A stretch of DNA of 63,491 nt, the filler included, from Octopus bimaculoides (Eukaryota), in assembly GCF_001194135.2 (NCBI RefSeq). It is 6 parts of 6 records of this genome, joined end to end, with 100 filler letters (N's around TTAATTAATTAA, not from the genome) between each part and the next. Parts side by side here need not be neighbours in the genome. Positions count along the whole stretch, not along the records: positions 4,698 to 16,191 come from NC_068984.1; positions 16,292 to 32,431 come from NC_068988.1; 4 more parts are not named here. One strand, given 5' to 3'. Under the pieces are notes generated by a model. It searched no databases. It was not told where the DNA came from and worked only from the letters and a program-made list of their open reading frames with translations. This document shows positions 10,920 through 21,589 of the stretch, one piece after another. Positions within the stretch are counted from its first letter, which is position 1. Every line of letters starts with the position of its first letter. Both the position numbers and the translations under genes were made by a program.

Positions 10920-12790
10920 ATTTTCTTGCTAACACTCTCAACTTACTGACAGCACTGCTGCATTTTGTTTGTACTGCTCTAACAAGCCACTCCTCTATTC
11001 CTAATTTTCTTAGGGACCACCAGGTAACAGAGTAGGGGACTCTGTCAAAAGCTTTCTTCTGGTTGACAGAAGTACAATGACTTGCTTTTCGCCAAACACT
11101 TTTCCTGCAACTCTCTCATTAGGAAGATGGCATTTGTGATACTCTTCCCAGGTACAAAACCAAATTGCATCTCAGCTAGTTTAATACTATTTCTAATCAA
11201 TTGGGCTATAACTTTTATGACCTGGTCTAGTATTTTGATACCTCTGTAGTTGTTTCCATCTAAAGCATCACTTTTACTCTTGTAGCAGCCAACTATAACA
11301 CTACTGCACCAATCATTGGGGATGACACCTTCCTGAAAAACATGATTAACTATATGAGTAACTAGGCTGTATCCTACACTGCTGGATATTTTATTCATCT
11401 TGGCAGTGATTCCTGATGGTCCAGGGGCTTTTCCTATCTTCATATCCATAATTGCCTTATCTATTATACTACTATCAACTCTGATGGCTGGTCTCTCAAT
11501 TGGTTCAATATTTGAAAGATTCTCCTTCTCCCATGCATTTTCCACATTAATCTTTCATAATGGCACTTTCATGCATGTTTCTTCTCTGAATCACAAAATG
11601 CAAGCATACCATTATCCCTTCACACACATTTCTCACCCACCACTACACTATTCTCTCTGATACACTGCTTTGCAACCCTGAACACCTCACACTGTAGAAC
11701 ATTGACAAATCTCTTACCGCCTGCTATTCCTTTTGCTATGTAAACCTGTCACCTATCTTCCCTTATGACTACCTTTATAATTCTCTACTTCAACCATTCT
11801 TTCTAGTCTTTCCAGGCCTGTGTCCTTGCTTTTATAGCACTGTCTACCTCCTTCTTCCACCATCATCTCACCCTTAGTATAGCTGGGACTTTGCACCAGC
11901 CATAGATTTGGTCTGCAGCCCTTAGTAGATTGTCCCACAGGAATTTTCAATTGTCCTCTAAGCTATGTCTCTGCCTCCTCCTCTCTCTTTTGTCAGAGGC
12001 TTCCATTAGAATATACCTAAATTTCTGTTGGTTTGCTGGATCTTTGAGCTTTCATAATCTTTTCCAGAATGGCTTATTTCTCACTGTTTCTAACTCTAAT
12101 TCTGAAGTCACTAACTCGTAACTTTTGTTGGGTTGTACACTCTTCACATCTGCCTATCTCATTGCTTGGTGAGAAGGTAATTGATCTGGCTTATGTGCTC
12201 ACCAGACTGATAAGTAATTAGGTGGCTGGTTGGTTTTCTGAAGTTAGGGTTGCAGATCACAAGATCATTTGCATCACAGAACTCCAGTAGCCTTGTTCCC
12301 TCCTCATTCCTAGAGCCAAAGCCATAACCACCATGCATGGGAATGCTGCCCAACATCTCCATTAAAGTCACCAGCCACAATAACCAAGTTTCTATCATTT
12401 AACGTTGAGGTAGTCTGCAGAAGGACCTCATAAAATTGGTTCTGGTCATCAGTCAGACCAGACTGTGGAGCATAGGCAGAGATAAGTGTAACTGTTAATT
12501 TATCTATGATAAGTTTCAGCTTAATAACCCTATCACATATTTTGACTACCTCAATTATCTCATCTACCCACTTTTCTGTTAAGAGTATTGCTACACTACC
12601 CACTCCATCACTTTTGCATACCAAGAAGAATTTGAACCTCGTTTCTTACCCATGAGAAACCTTCCATCTTACTTCTTGCACACCACACACATCGACTTAG
12701 CAATGCTCCAGCATTTCAATAATCTCACCAGACCTACCTTTCATAGTGCCAACGTTGATAGCAGCAACCCTAGAATTGTGTAGTTTCTCT
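10920..12790 (-). mobile_element. RTE-clade LINE, decayed (APE endonuclease to RT domain ~3)
   Basis: APE: KSDGVGSVAILL...ISAYAPQ...AGDFNG, GYGFGSRNEEGTRLLEFCDANDL. RT: MKIGKAPGPSGIT, NYRGIKILD, QFGFVPGKS, WSLRKLGIEEWLV. Confidence 0.9.
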
Positions 12791-13179
12791 AACACATTAA
12801 CTCTTCTTCAAATTTCAGTATCTTGAGATCAGCCCTGTCTACTTGTATATTTGATATATGGCTACTATAGAGAAAAGTTAAATAGATTTCCCTTTAATTC
12901 TATTTATTTTATGGGCTTGTATTTCTATTGGGAAATAGAATATTAAAAATCAAAAAACTCAGCTGAGTTCATTGAAATAAGTGCTCAAAAGCAATGTTAG
13001 TAGATCTTCGTTGTTCAACCAGTATATACTAATGGCTGGGTATTCCACACACATGTATGGCACAGTTGTATGTCAAGGCTGTACTTTCTGAATTACAAGT
13101 ACTTTCCAACTAACGGGCTTCAGTATAGTTTCTGTCTAACCAATTTCATATAGAAAATAAAGGTTGGCCTGAGGATGAT

Positions 13180-13510
13180 ATGAAGCTTGCTTCCCAACCA
13201 CATGGTTCCGGGTTCAGTCCCACAGTGTGGCACTTTCGAAAAGTGTCTTCTACTGTAGCCTTGGGCTGACTAAAGCTTTGTAAGTAGATTTGGCAGATGG
13301 AAATTGAAAAAAAGCCTGTTGTGTGTGTGTGTGCATGTGTCTGTGTTTGTCCCCAATCACCACTTGACAATCAGTGTTCTTTCAGACAAACGAGTCTGAT
13401 AGAATAAGTACCGGGTTTAAAAAGAAAAGTACTGGGGTTGATTCATTCGACTAAAAACTCAAGGTGGTACCCCAGTATGGCCACAGTCAATGACTGAAAC
13501 AAGTAACATA
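13180..13510 (+). mobile_element. tRNA-derived SINE
   Basis: gcttcccaaccacatggttccgggttcagtcccac head and ...cccagtatggccacagtcaatgactgaaacaagtaa tail. Confidence 0.85.
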
Positions 13511-13755
13511 TAAAATAAATTCTACATTGTAATATCACACCTAGAACCTCATGATTGTAAAGCAAACTTCTTAAACATTTGGCCATACTGCACCTGTCAA
13601 AAGTAATATTAAATAGTAAGTACAGCTCAACGAGTGCAAATGTGAAATTAAGCTTTGGGTATATTTAAATATATTCTCACAGAAATTTCATCAATCCATA
13701 TAAAACATATTTTACATACTGCACTTTCTAATCTACTGAAATCAAAGTTAATATG

Positions 13756-14315
13756 TTATACTTGGCGAGAACTATTCAGTTGCTTCCGAATTTCAAACAT
13801 AAAAATAGAAGCAGCCACAACATTATTTAGGCTATCAACTCCATTAGCCAATGGAATGGATACATACTGGCCATAATGTTTGAAAGCAAACTTTTTAGCA
13901 TCAGCACTTAGTCCATGAGCTTCATTGCCAACTACAAGAACAATCTCTTTTCCTGTATAAGAAACCCGGTGATACACATTGTGAGATAGTGGTACTTTGT
14001 GGTACATTTCCTCCTCAACAGATAAGTCTATTTTGTTTTCTTGTGTCTCATCACTGTCTGACTCACTGGTCTCTGAGTCATCATCTATTGACTCATCACT
14101 TTCTGATTGTCTGATTAATTGATCAATATCTTCAAAACTGTAATGGGGATGCAATTGCTGTATTTCATTACTCAAAGTTGATGCCAATAGTACTTGAGGC
14201 TCTTTTTGCAGGTAGTTTGACATGCTTCCCCAAGATATATTGTTAATGATTGGAACTCGGAAATGTGATCCACAGGCAGATCGTAGTACTTTAGGCTCCC
14301 AGATATCCACACACC
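13756..14315 (-). CDS. MRM3: Mitochondrial rRNA 2'-O-methyltransferase 3 (SpoU/TrmH SPOUT family), terminal coding exon
   Basis: Acceptor tttcatcttttag|GG TGT GTG GAT (phase 1) gives GCVDIWEPKVLRSACGSHFRVPIINN...LVVGNEAHGLS...VSIPLANGVDSLNNVVAASIFMFEIRKQ...* (SPOUT motifs GxExxG and SLN). It matches the recalled MRM3/RNMTL1 stretch KGCVDAWEPKVLR. Upstream exons were not found. Confidence 0.85.
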
Positions 14316-14574
14316 CTAAAAGATGAAAGCATATTTAATTAGTAAATAATATAATGTTCAAGTTTATAAATAATGCACATAATTAATTTATTCATATATT
14401 TTATTAATCAGTATCAATCAGAGAGGGTGTATGGAATTTTAATCTAAAAAGAACTTTTATTTTATTTGCTTTTATAATGTCTAATTTAAAATTTTTATCT
14501 AAGAATTAAAACAATCAATAAAGAATAAATTATTCAGACACAATGTGAATGCAAAACAATAGTTAAGTTAATAC

Positions 14575-14820
14575 TGTTTTCAAATTTTGGCACAAAAATT
14601 TGGGGAAGGAGGGAAGTTTAAATTGATTACACTGACCCCAGTGCTCCACTCATACATATTTTTATTGACCACAAAAGGATGAAAGGCAAAGTTGACCTTG
14701 GCAGAATTTGAACTTCTCCAGTATTTGGCATTTTAAAAATAGCTGAAAGAAGTTTATAAGATAAAATGCCACTAAACATTTTGCATGGCATGCTAACAGT
14801 TCTGCCAGCTTCTTGCCCAA
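14575..14820 (-). mobile_element. tRNA-derived SINE (second family)
   Basis: ...aaaggatgaaaggcaaagttgaccttggcagaatttgaact...gctaacagttctgccagct. Related copies at 18400-18612 and 60740-60930. Confidence 0.75.
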
Positions 14821-15199
14821 TAGTTAAGCTAATATTACTATGTTAACATAATGAACATAACAGAGCTAATTATGTGGAAAGGAAAAGACAATATTAGTCA
14901 ATGACTAATATTATTTTAATTATCCTGGCATATAACGAAGACAACTTCAGATATGTTTCTGCTTAACTAGATATCCTCAGTAAAGCTTAGATTACTGCAC
15001 ACTTGCTGAAGTATGATTAAAGCTGGCATTGTTGAGGACAAATAATAGTGAAACATATCCAAAGTGTAGAGACATAACCAAACACTGGTGTACAGTTAAA
15101 CTGATAGACTACAGTTTGGACAGAGAGTTTTGTTAAGATGACGTGGTTTGATGAGAGGCTTCCAATCTAAGAGGTGAGAAATGGTTGAAGTCCATTCGC

Positions 15200-15460
15200 T
15201 TTGTGGCTGTGTGGTAAGAAACTTGCTTCCCAATCACATGGCACCTTTAGCAAGTGTCTTCTACTATAGTCTTGGACTGACCAAAGCCTTGTGAGTGGAT
15301 TTGGTAGACAGAAACTGAAAGAAGCCCATAAGTACCAAGCTTAACAAAAAAGAAAAAAAAACTACTGGGGTCGATTCATTCAACTAAACAATTCTCCAAG
15401 GCAGTGTCCCAGCATGGCCATAGTCTAATGACTGATATAAGTAAAAGATAAAAGATAACA
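15200..15460 (+). mobile_element. SINE, internally deleted
   Basis: Same head and tail as 4120-4495. Confidence 0.8.
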
Positions 15461-15719
15461 GTATCTTAGCCAGGAGGTTCTCATGACAGTCAAAAAAACT
15501 TTGTTCTGCTCATGTCAAATACAATAACACTGCTTCGGTCAAAACCATCAAAAGCTTCAGACCACTGGTTGGTAATATTCTTTATACATAAACCATAAAC
15601 TCCTACAGTTAAACACATTAGTTCATTCAAATTAGTGATGGTCAACATCAGGGGAGAAGAGATTTATAACATCTTGAGCAGCATATACAGTTCATCAGAT
15701 AGAACAGAATATCTTTTCT

Positions 15720-16085
15720 TCTTTACTTGTTTCAGTCATTGGACTGCAGCCATGCTAGACAGAGCATTACCTTGAAAGGCTTAGTTGAAAAAATCATCTC
15801 CAGTACTTATTTTTCAAATCTAGTATTTATTCTATTGGTCTCTTTTGCTGATACACTAAATTATGGAGACAAAGCCAAACCAACACGAGTTGTCAAGCAA
15901 TGGTGGGAACAAATGAAAATATACAAACACACGCATGGCAAGTTTCTGCTCACCAAATTCACTCAAAGAACATTGGTCAGTCCAGAGCTATAGTAGAAGA
16001 CATCTACCCAAGGTGCTGTACAGTGGGATTGAACCCCAAATCATATAGCTACAAAGCAAGTTTCTTAACCACACAGCCATACTTG
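15720..16085 (-). mobile_element. SINE
   Basis: Reverse complement of the common tail (cttgtttcagtcattggactgcagccatgct) and head (gtgggattgaacccc). Confidence 0.75.
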
Positions 16086-16191
16086 TGGCTATAAATGTTA
16101 ATATATGTAATATTTCAGTAGCAAATCATGTTTAATTAATGCTAGAATATATATTGATTTTCTCATTGTATACTACGTATATAAAGAAAAG

Positions 16192-16291
16192 NNNNNNNNN
16201 NNNNNNNNNNNNNNNNNNNNNNNNNNNNNNNNNNNTTAATTAATTAANNNNNNNNNNNNNNNNNNNNNNNNNNNNNNNNNNNNNNNNNNNN
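16192..16291. other. Assembly join with TTAATTAATTAA linker
   Basis: Linker at 16236-16247. Confidence 0.9.
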
Positions 16292-16369
16292 TATGGTGGA
16301 AAAAGACAAAAAGAGATAAAAAAAAAACAAGCTTTTGTCTTTGGTCAATTATTTATACATATTTTATTT

Positions 16370-16635
16370 CATGGAGGCGCAATTGTCCAGTGGTTAGGGC
16401 AGCGAAATCGCGGTCGGAGGAACGCGGTTTCGATACCTAAACCGGGCGTTGTGTGTGTTTATTGAGCGAAAACACCCAAAAGCTGTACTCTTTCGCCCCA
16501 ACTTTCTCTCACTCTTTCTTCCTGTTTCTTGAGTAACGCTGCGATGGACTGGCGTCCCGTCCAGATGGGGGGAACACATACACCATAGAAACCGGGAAAC
16601 CGGGCCCATGAGCTTGGCTAGGCTTTGAAAGGGCG
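16370..16635 (+). mobile_element. tRNA-derived SINE with a conserved-domain-like core (gcgatggactggcgtcccgtccag)
   Basis: A-box-like ggcgcaattgtccagtggttag and B-box-like ggtttcgatacc. The core resembles the V/Meta-type SINE central domain (from memory, not searched). Confidence 0.7.
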
Positions 16636-17116
16636 ACGTTTATCGTTTTATTTTATTTCATAAGATTTCGCTAATTTACATAATATGATATGTTCATTAT
16701 GATCAATTTGTAGACATGCTAACGATATAGCATACATATGTCCCTAAAACTTTCAGAGAAAATTTTATTGAAAATTATGAATTTTCGAAAATTCAGAGTT
16801 TTTATATTTTTCTGAGCCGATATCTTTATATTTTTATAACAAAGATACTAAATGAAGTAGAAATGAAAACACACCTGTAATATAAATGCAGTTGTTTTCA
16901 ATACTCAAAATTTGCACAACGTAACAATTACAAAAGCAGCTTTGCTATTGTTGTAGGTCAGAATATATTGTAGGTTTTGAATATGAGACAACACCCCAGA
17001 AAAAAGTAAGTTGTCAAAATGACATGAATGTTTCTGCCTTCTTGCTTCACAATTTTGTAGAAATTTGACCTTGGGCTAAACACTAAAAACAACTAGAACT
17101 GGAAGATGTTTATTAC

Positions 17117-17295
17117 CTGATAAAGAACAGCAGCATTATTAACGAGAATATCCACGCCTCCATAAGCTAATTTCAAATATTTTGCTAAAGCAGAAATACT
17201 TTCAGAGTCTGTGATGTCGAGTTGATGGAATTTAGGGTAACATCCTTCTTCGTTAAGTTTTGCAACAGCTACTTTACCACGTCCAATATGACGAG
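17117..17295 (-). CDS. CBR1: Carbonyl reductase [NADPH] CBR1-like (SDR family), internal exon
   Basis: Acceptor tttttacaag|CT CGT and donor CAG|GTAATA delimit a 179-nt exon: ARHIGRGKVAVAKLNEEGCYPKFHQLDITDSESISALAKYLKLAYGGVDILVNNAAVLYQ. This matches CBR1 ARDVTRG...RFHQLDI...YGGLDVLVNNAG. The symbol is family-level. Confidence 0.85.
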
Positions 17296-17392
17296 CTTGT
17301 AAAAATATGAAATACACTTGTATTAGATAGTTGTATTGATGAAAACTTAACACACTGTAGAAGAAAAATTTATAAATTCTATAATTTTAAAT

Positions 17393-17652
17393 CAGTGGTT
17401 CTCAACCAGAGTCCCTATGGCTTTTGGGAGGTGGGGTCCAAATAACATTTTGTTGTTAGAATATGTCTGCAATAAATTGATTGTATTTCTACAATGCATG
17501 AAATACATTAACAATTTTTTATGCAACCCCTAAAAATATTTAGTTATAAAAATATAATAGGATTTTTTTAGACATCAAATGGCTATGAGGGACCACTCGA
17601 GTAAAGCTGGAATCAAAGGGGTACACATGTAAGAAATAGTTGAGAACCAATG
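17393..17652. mobile_element. Non-autonomous hAT (Charlie-type) MITE
   Basis: TIRs CAGTGGTTCTCAAC...GTTGAGAACCAATG; 8-bp flanks ttttaaat / gtttagat (6/8 match, nTnTAnAn-type target). Confidence 0.8.
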
Positions 17653-18399
17653 GTTTAGATTCAAGGAGCTCTGATTACGATGAAGAAAAAGATACAAGAT
17701 AGTAACGATATGAACAACACCAAAACTATTAAGGTATGTTATATACATGGATTGTATTTTGAGGGTATGATCAATTGGTGGTTAATACTTGATTGGCACA
17801 TGGTTTGTTCTTTTTGTTTTTGTTTTTCTCGGCTTTCTGTATAGAAAGCCCTTAAACAGTTTGGCTCCCACATGTGTAGCAGTTCGGTCGTCTGACATGA
17901 ATACTGAATGTTACGGAGTTCCTATTTGCACCCTCTACAGGACTCTAGTATAGCCTTGTAGTATTGCAGAAGTCATGAGAACTTGTATGTCCATGATGAT
18001 TTCACTAAATCGTACATCACAAAATGTTACGTCCACACTGGTCACATTCCCATGAAGGTGACAACTAGCGAGGTCCCCATCATCACTGATGTCTCCTGTG
18101 TTCCTCCTTTACAAATACTGCTAGACCAGATTATGAGTAGGTCTGTAATGTATTATTAAATAATTATAATCTAATTTAGGCACAAGACCTATAAGCTTGG
18201 AATGGAGAAGAGCCGATTATATCTATCCCAGTTGTTCTCTGGTACTTCATTTTGCTGACATGATCCTGGAGAGGTGGAAGACAAACTGAAGGATTTCAAT
18301 CAGAACAGAAAGATCCAGAACAAATACTACAAGGCATTTTGACCAACAGTGTGATGAGTCTGCCGTGGTGCTACCAACCTCAATAATAATAATGATTTC

Positions 18400-18612
18400 A
18401 AATTTTCCACACGGGTAGCAATTTTTTGGGGGGTGGAGGAACGAGCCGATTACATCGACCTCAGTGTTCAACTGCTAGTTATTTTATTGACCCTGAAAGG
18501 ATGAAAAGTAAAGTCGACCTTGGTGGGATTTGAACTCAGATCGGAGCAACGGGCAAAATACTGCAAAGCATTTTGTCCAGCCTGCTAACGATTCTGTCGG
18601 TTCACCACCTTA
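18400..18612 (-). mobile_element. tRNA-derived SINE
   Basis: Same family as 14575-14820; flanked by short TAA runs. Confidence 0.75.
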
Positions 18613-18619
18613 ATACTAA

Positions 18620-18905
18620 TATAGACCAGATATAGTTGTCAAAGATCATGAAGAAAAAAAATGGTTTCTAATTGATATATCAATACCAGCAGATGACAAC
18701 GTTTCCCTAAAAGAAATGGAAAAACTTTCAAAATGCAAAGACCTGGAAATAGAAGTAACTCGAATATGGAATCTAAAAACAGAAACAATTCCTATCATAG
18801 TAGGTGCCTTAGGTATAATAAAAAAATATTCAGACAAATACATAACAAAAACACCAGGACTTACAAATATATATAATATACAGAAAATTGCACTACTGGG
18901 TACTG
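18620..18905 (+). mobile_element. R4/Dong-like retrotransposon 3' fragment (REL endonuclease)
   Basis: RPDIVVKDHEEKKWFLIDISIPADDNVSLKEMEKLSKCKDLEIEVTRIWNLKTETIPIIVGALG...IQKIALLGT (PD..D and KxxKYxxL motifs). Confidence 0.85.
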
Positions 18906-19626
18906 NNNNNNNNNNNNNNNNNNNNNNNNNNNNNNNNNNNNNNNNNNNNNNNNNNNNNNNNNNNNNNNNNNNNNNNNNNNNNNNNNNNNNNNNNNNNNNN
19001 NNNNNNNNNNNNNNNNNNNNNNNNNNNNNNNNNNNNNNNNNNNNNNNNNNNNNNNNNNNNNNNNNNNNNNNNNNNNNNNNNNNNNNNNNNNNNNNNNNNN
19101 NNNNNNNNNNNNNNNNNNNNNNNNNNNNNNNNNNNNNNNNNNNNNNNNNNNNNNNNNNNNNNNNNNNNNNNNNNNNNNNNNNNNNNNNNNNNNNNNNNNN
19201 NNNNNNNNNNNNNNNNNNNNNNNNNNNNNNNNNNNNNNNNNNNNNNNNNNNNNNNNNNNNNNNNNNNNNNNNNNNNNNNNNNNNNNNNNNNNNNNNNNNN
19301 NNNNNNNNNNNNNNNNNNNNNNNNNNNNNNNNNNNNNNNNNNNNNNNNNNNNNNNNNNNNNNNNNNNNNNNNNNNNNNNNNNNNNNNNNNNNNNNNNNNN
19401 NNNNNNNNNNNNNNNNNNNNNNNNNNNNNNNNNNNNNNNNNNNNNNNNNNNNNNNNNNNNNNNNNNNNNNNNNNNNNNNNNNNNNNNNNNNNNNNNNNNN
19501 NNNNNNNNNNNNNNNNNNNNNNNNNNNNNNNNNNNNNNNNNNNNNNNNNNNNNNNNNNNNNNNNNNNNNNNNNNNNNNNNNNNNNNNNNNNNNNNNNNNN
19601 NNNNNNNNNNNNNNNNNNNNNNNNNN

Positions 19627-19676
<50 letters not shown>

Positions 19677-19693
19677 AAGAAAGAGAGAGAGAG

Positions 19694-19727
<34 letters not shown>
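19627..19727. repeat. (GA)n microsatellite at gap edge
   Basis: Directly visible. Confidence 0.95.
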
Positions 19728-19732
<5 letters not shown>

Positions 19733-20155
19733 CGTAAAGACTGCAATAAAGTTTAAAAACTATGCACTCACTAACAAAAAGTGAAACAGAAATGCCTTAT
19801 AGTGAGTCAAGCAGGTTGAAGCAAAAGCAGTCGATTGAGAAAATCGTTAGAGCATCGAAGAAATATGCTGCAGTAATTGCTCTGGCTCTTTGATCCCAAG
19901 TTTTCCGCCCTTCCAGGATCGATAAATAAGCGTTGATGGTGGATGGATGTAAGCAAAAGAGTGAAGGAAGAGAGTGGCTGAAAAAGTTAAAGGGTGCAAG
20001 ACGTTCTTTATTATGTAGATCCATTCACGAGTGTTTAAAAGTCGTATTCTAGATTATGCTAGTGCATAAACAATGTCAAGTTCATTTTACTTATCTTTTA
20101 ATCTTTCATTTGTTTCCATCATTGTACTGCAGGGCATTGCCTAGAAGGTTTAGTC

Positions 20156-20493
20156 TAGTGGTTTTCAACTGGAGTCTATATGGCCCCTGAGGGTCCATAT
20201 AAGATTTTTGAGGATCCACGTAATAAAAGAGTAAATTGGGGATCCACAATAATATTTTAAGGTCACCAGACAAATTTTGCTTTTGATGTATGTATTACAA
20301 GAAACAGCTAGGGTCGTTTCTCAAGCATTTTACATAGTTCAACCTAAACAAGTTAATGTGTGAAACAACAAAATAAGAATTATTGAAAGGAGTTTCTATA
20401 AAACTAGTTTTAAACATTGAATGGCTATGGGGGTCAACCAGAATAGTAATCACAGGGGTCCATAGATAAAAAAAAGATGGTTGAGAACTCCTA
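20156..20493. mobile_element. hAT MITE (related to 17393-17652) inserted into a SINE tail
   Basis: TIRs tagtggttttcaac...gttgagaactccta; 8-bp TSD gtttagtc / gttcagtc (7/8). The flanks rejoin into the common SINE tail on the minus strand. Confidence 0.8.
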
Positions 20494-20589
20494 GTTCAGT
20501 CGACCAGATCAACTCCAGTACATATTTTAAAGCTTGGTGCTTATTCTATCGGTCTCATTGACCAAACTGCTAAGTTAAAGAGAATGTTA

Positions 20590-21125
20590 AGGAGCACTCC
20601 GTCGGTTACGACGACGAGGGTCCCAGCTGATACTATCAACAGAACAGCCTGCTCATGAAATTAACGTGCAAGTGACTGAGCAATCCACAGACAGGTGTAC
20701 CCCTAACGTAGTTCTCAGGGAGACTCAGCGTGACAAGGCCGGCCCTTTGAAATGCAGGTACTACTCATTTTTGCCAGCTGAGTGGACTAGAGCAACTTGA
20801 AATAAAGTGTCTTTCTCAAGGACACAACGCATTGCCGGGAATCGAACTCACGACCTTATGATCGTGAGCCGAATGCCCTAACCACTGAGCCACGCGCCTT
20901 CACTGAATGTTAACAAATCTATGGTTGTCAAGTGGTAGCTAGGACAAACACAAATACACATACATACAACGGGCTTCCACGTAATTTATTTCTACCCAGT
21001 TCGTTCACAAGACACGGGTTAGCTCGGGGCAATAGTAGAAGACACTTGCTCAAGGTGCCACGCAGTGGGACTGAACCCAAAACAACGTGGCTACAAAGCG
21101 AGCTTCTTAACCACGCAATCATGCA
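20590..21125 (-). mobile_element. Two adjacent SINEs (20590-20905 and 20920-21125)
   Basis: Reverse-complement tRNA-like heads ending ...cctaaccactgagccacgcgccttca and ...gcagtgggactgaaccc...cttaaccac. Confidence 0.75.
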
Positions 21126-21312
21126 GCCATATCTATGCCTGCAGAGAGTTCTTAGCATAAATTTTTATGCATGTCATCTTGTGTATATTTTTAAAAAATG
21201 ATCTAAAAATACATCAATTCTATTTAAATGAATATATATGTGTATGAAATGAAAAAAAAAAAAAAAAACTTATCGTTGCGCTTATGTGAAATAATGTTAT
21301 CAGGTGACTTAC

Positions 21313-21330
21313 CACTGCTACTTGTACCAT
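21313..21330 (-). CDS. Possible first coding micro-exon of the CBR1-like gene (MVQVAV)
   Basis: ATG GTA CAA GTA GCA GTG|GTAAGT. CBRs start M..VA(V/L)VTGxNKGIG. The following VTG..LT exon was not found (possibly in a gap). Confidence 0.35.
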
Positions 21331-21399
21331 TCTGAACGCTTCGAGTAGTGTTCTATTAGTTCAGTTTAGTCTAATTTATCGAAGAATTATATATATGTA

Positions 21400-21510
21400 C
21401 ATACCAGGTTTTGTTGGCTGTAGTTTTTGCGTAGGTGGGTGAGAAGACCTAGATATAGTATTGCTGGGAAGTGACCTGCTTCACGAGCAGTAATTCATTT
21501 CCCGCCATTA
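21400..21510 (-). promoter_or_regulatory. Possible promoter/5'UTR: E2F-like TTTCCCGCC (also AATGGCG, YY1-like) and GGAAGTG
   Basis: tttcccgcc at 21498-21506, ggaagtg at ~21467-21473 and a minus-strand donor CTG|GTATGT at 21405, upstream of the MVQVAV micro-exon. Confidence 0.25.
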
Positions 21511-21589
21511 TCAGCTCACTGTTTTCTTTCTTTCTTTCTTTCTTTTTTTCTTTCTTTTCTTCTTTCTTTCTTTCTCGTCACACAGCAGT

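Noticed and set aside
16370-16445. tRNA gene (also the SINE heads at ~2530-2600, 20850-20905, 41985-42060)
   Set aside because: These are A/B-box heads continuing into SINE bodies, with no complete cloverleaf evident.
19797-20024. Minus-strand FIDPGRAENLGS-like peptide as the missing MRM3 DPGNLGT exon
   Set aside because: The surrounding residues do not fit MRM3 and there are no compatible splice sites.
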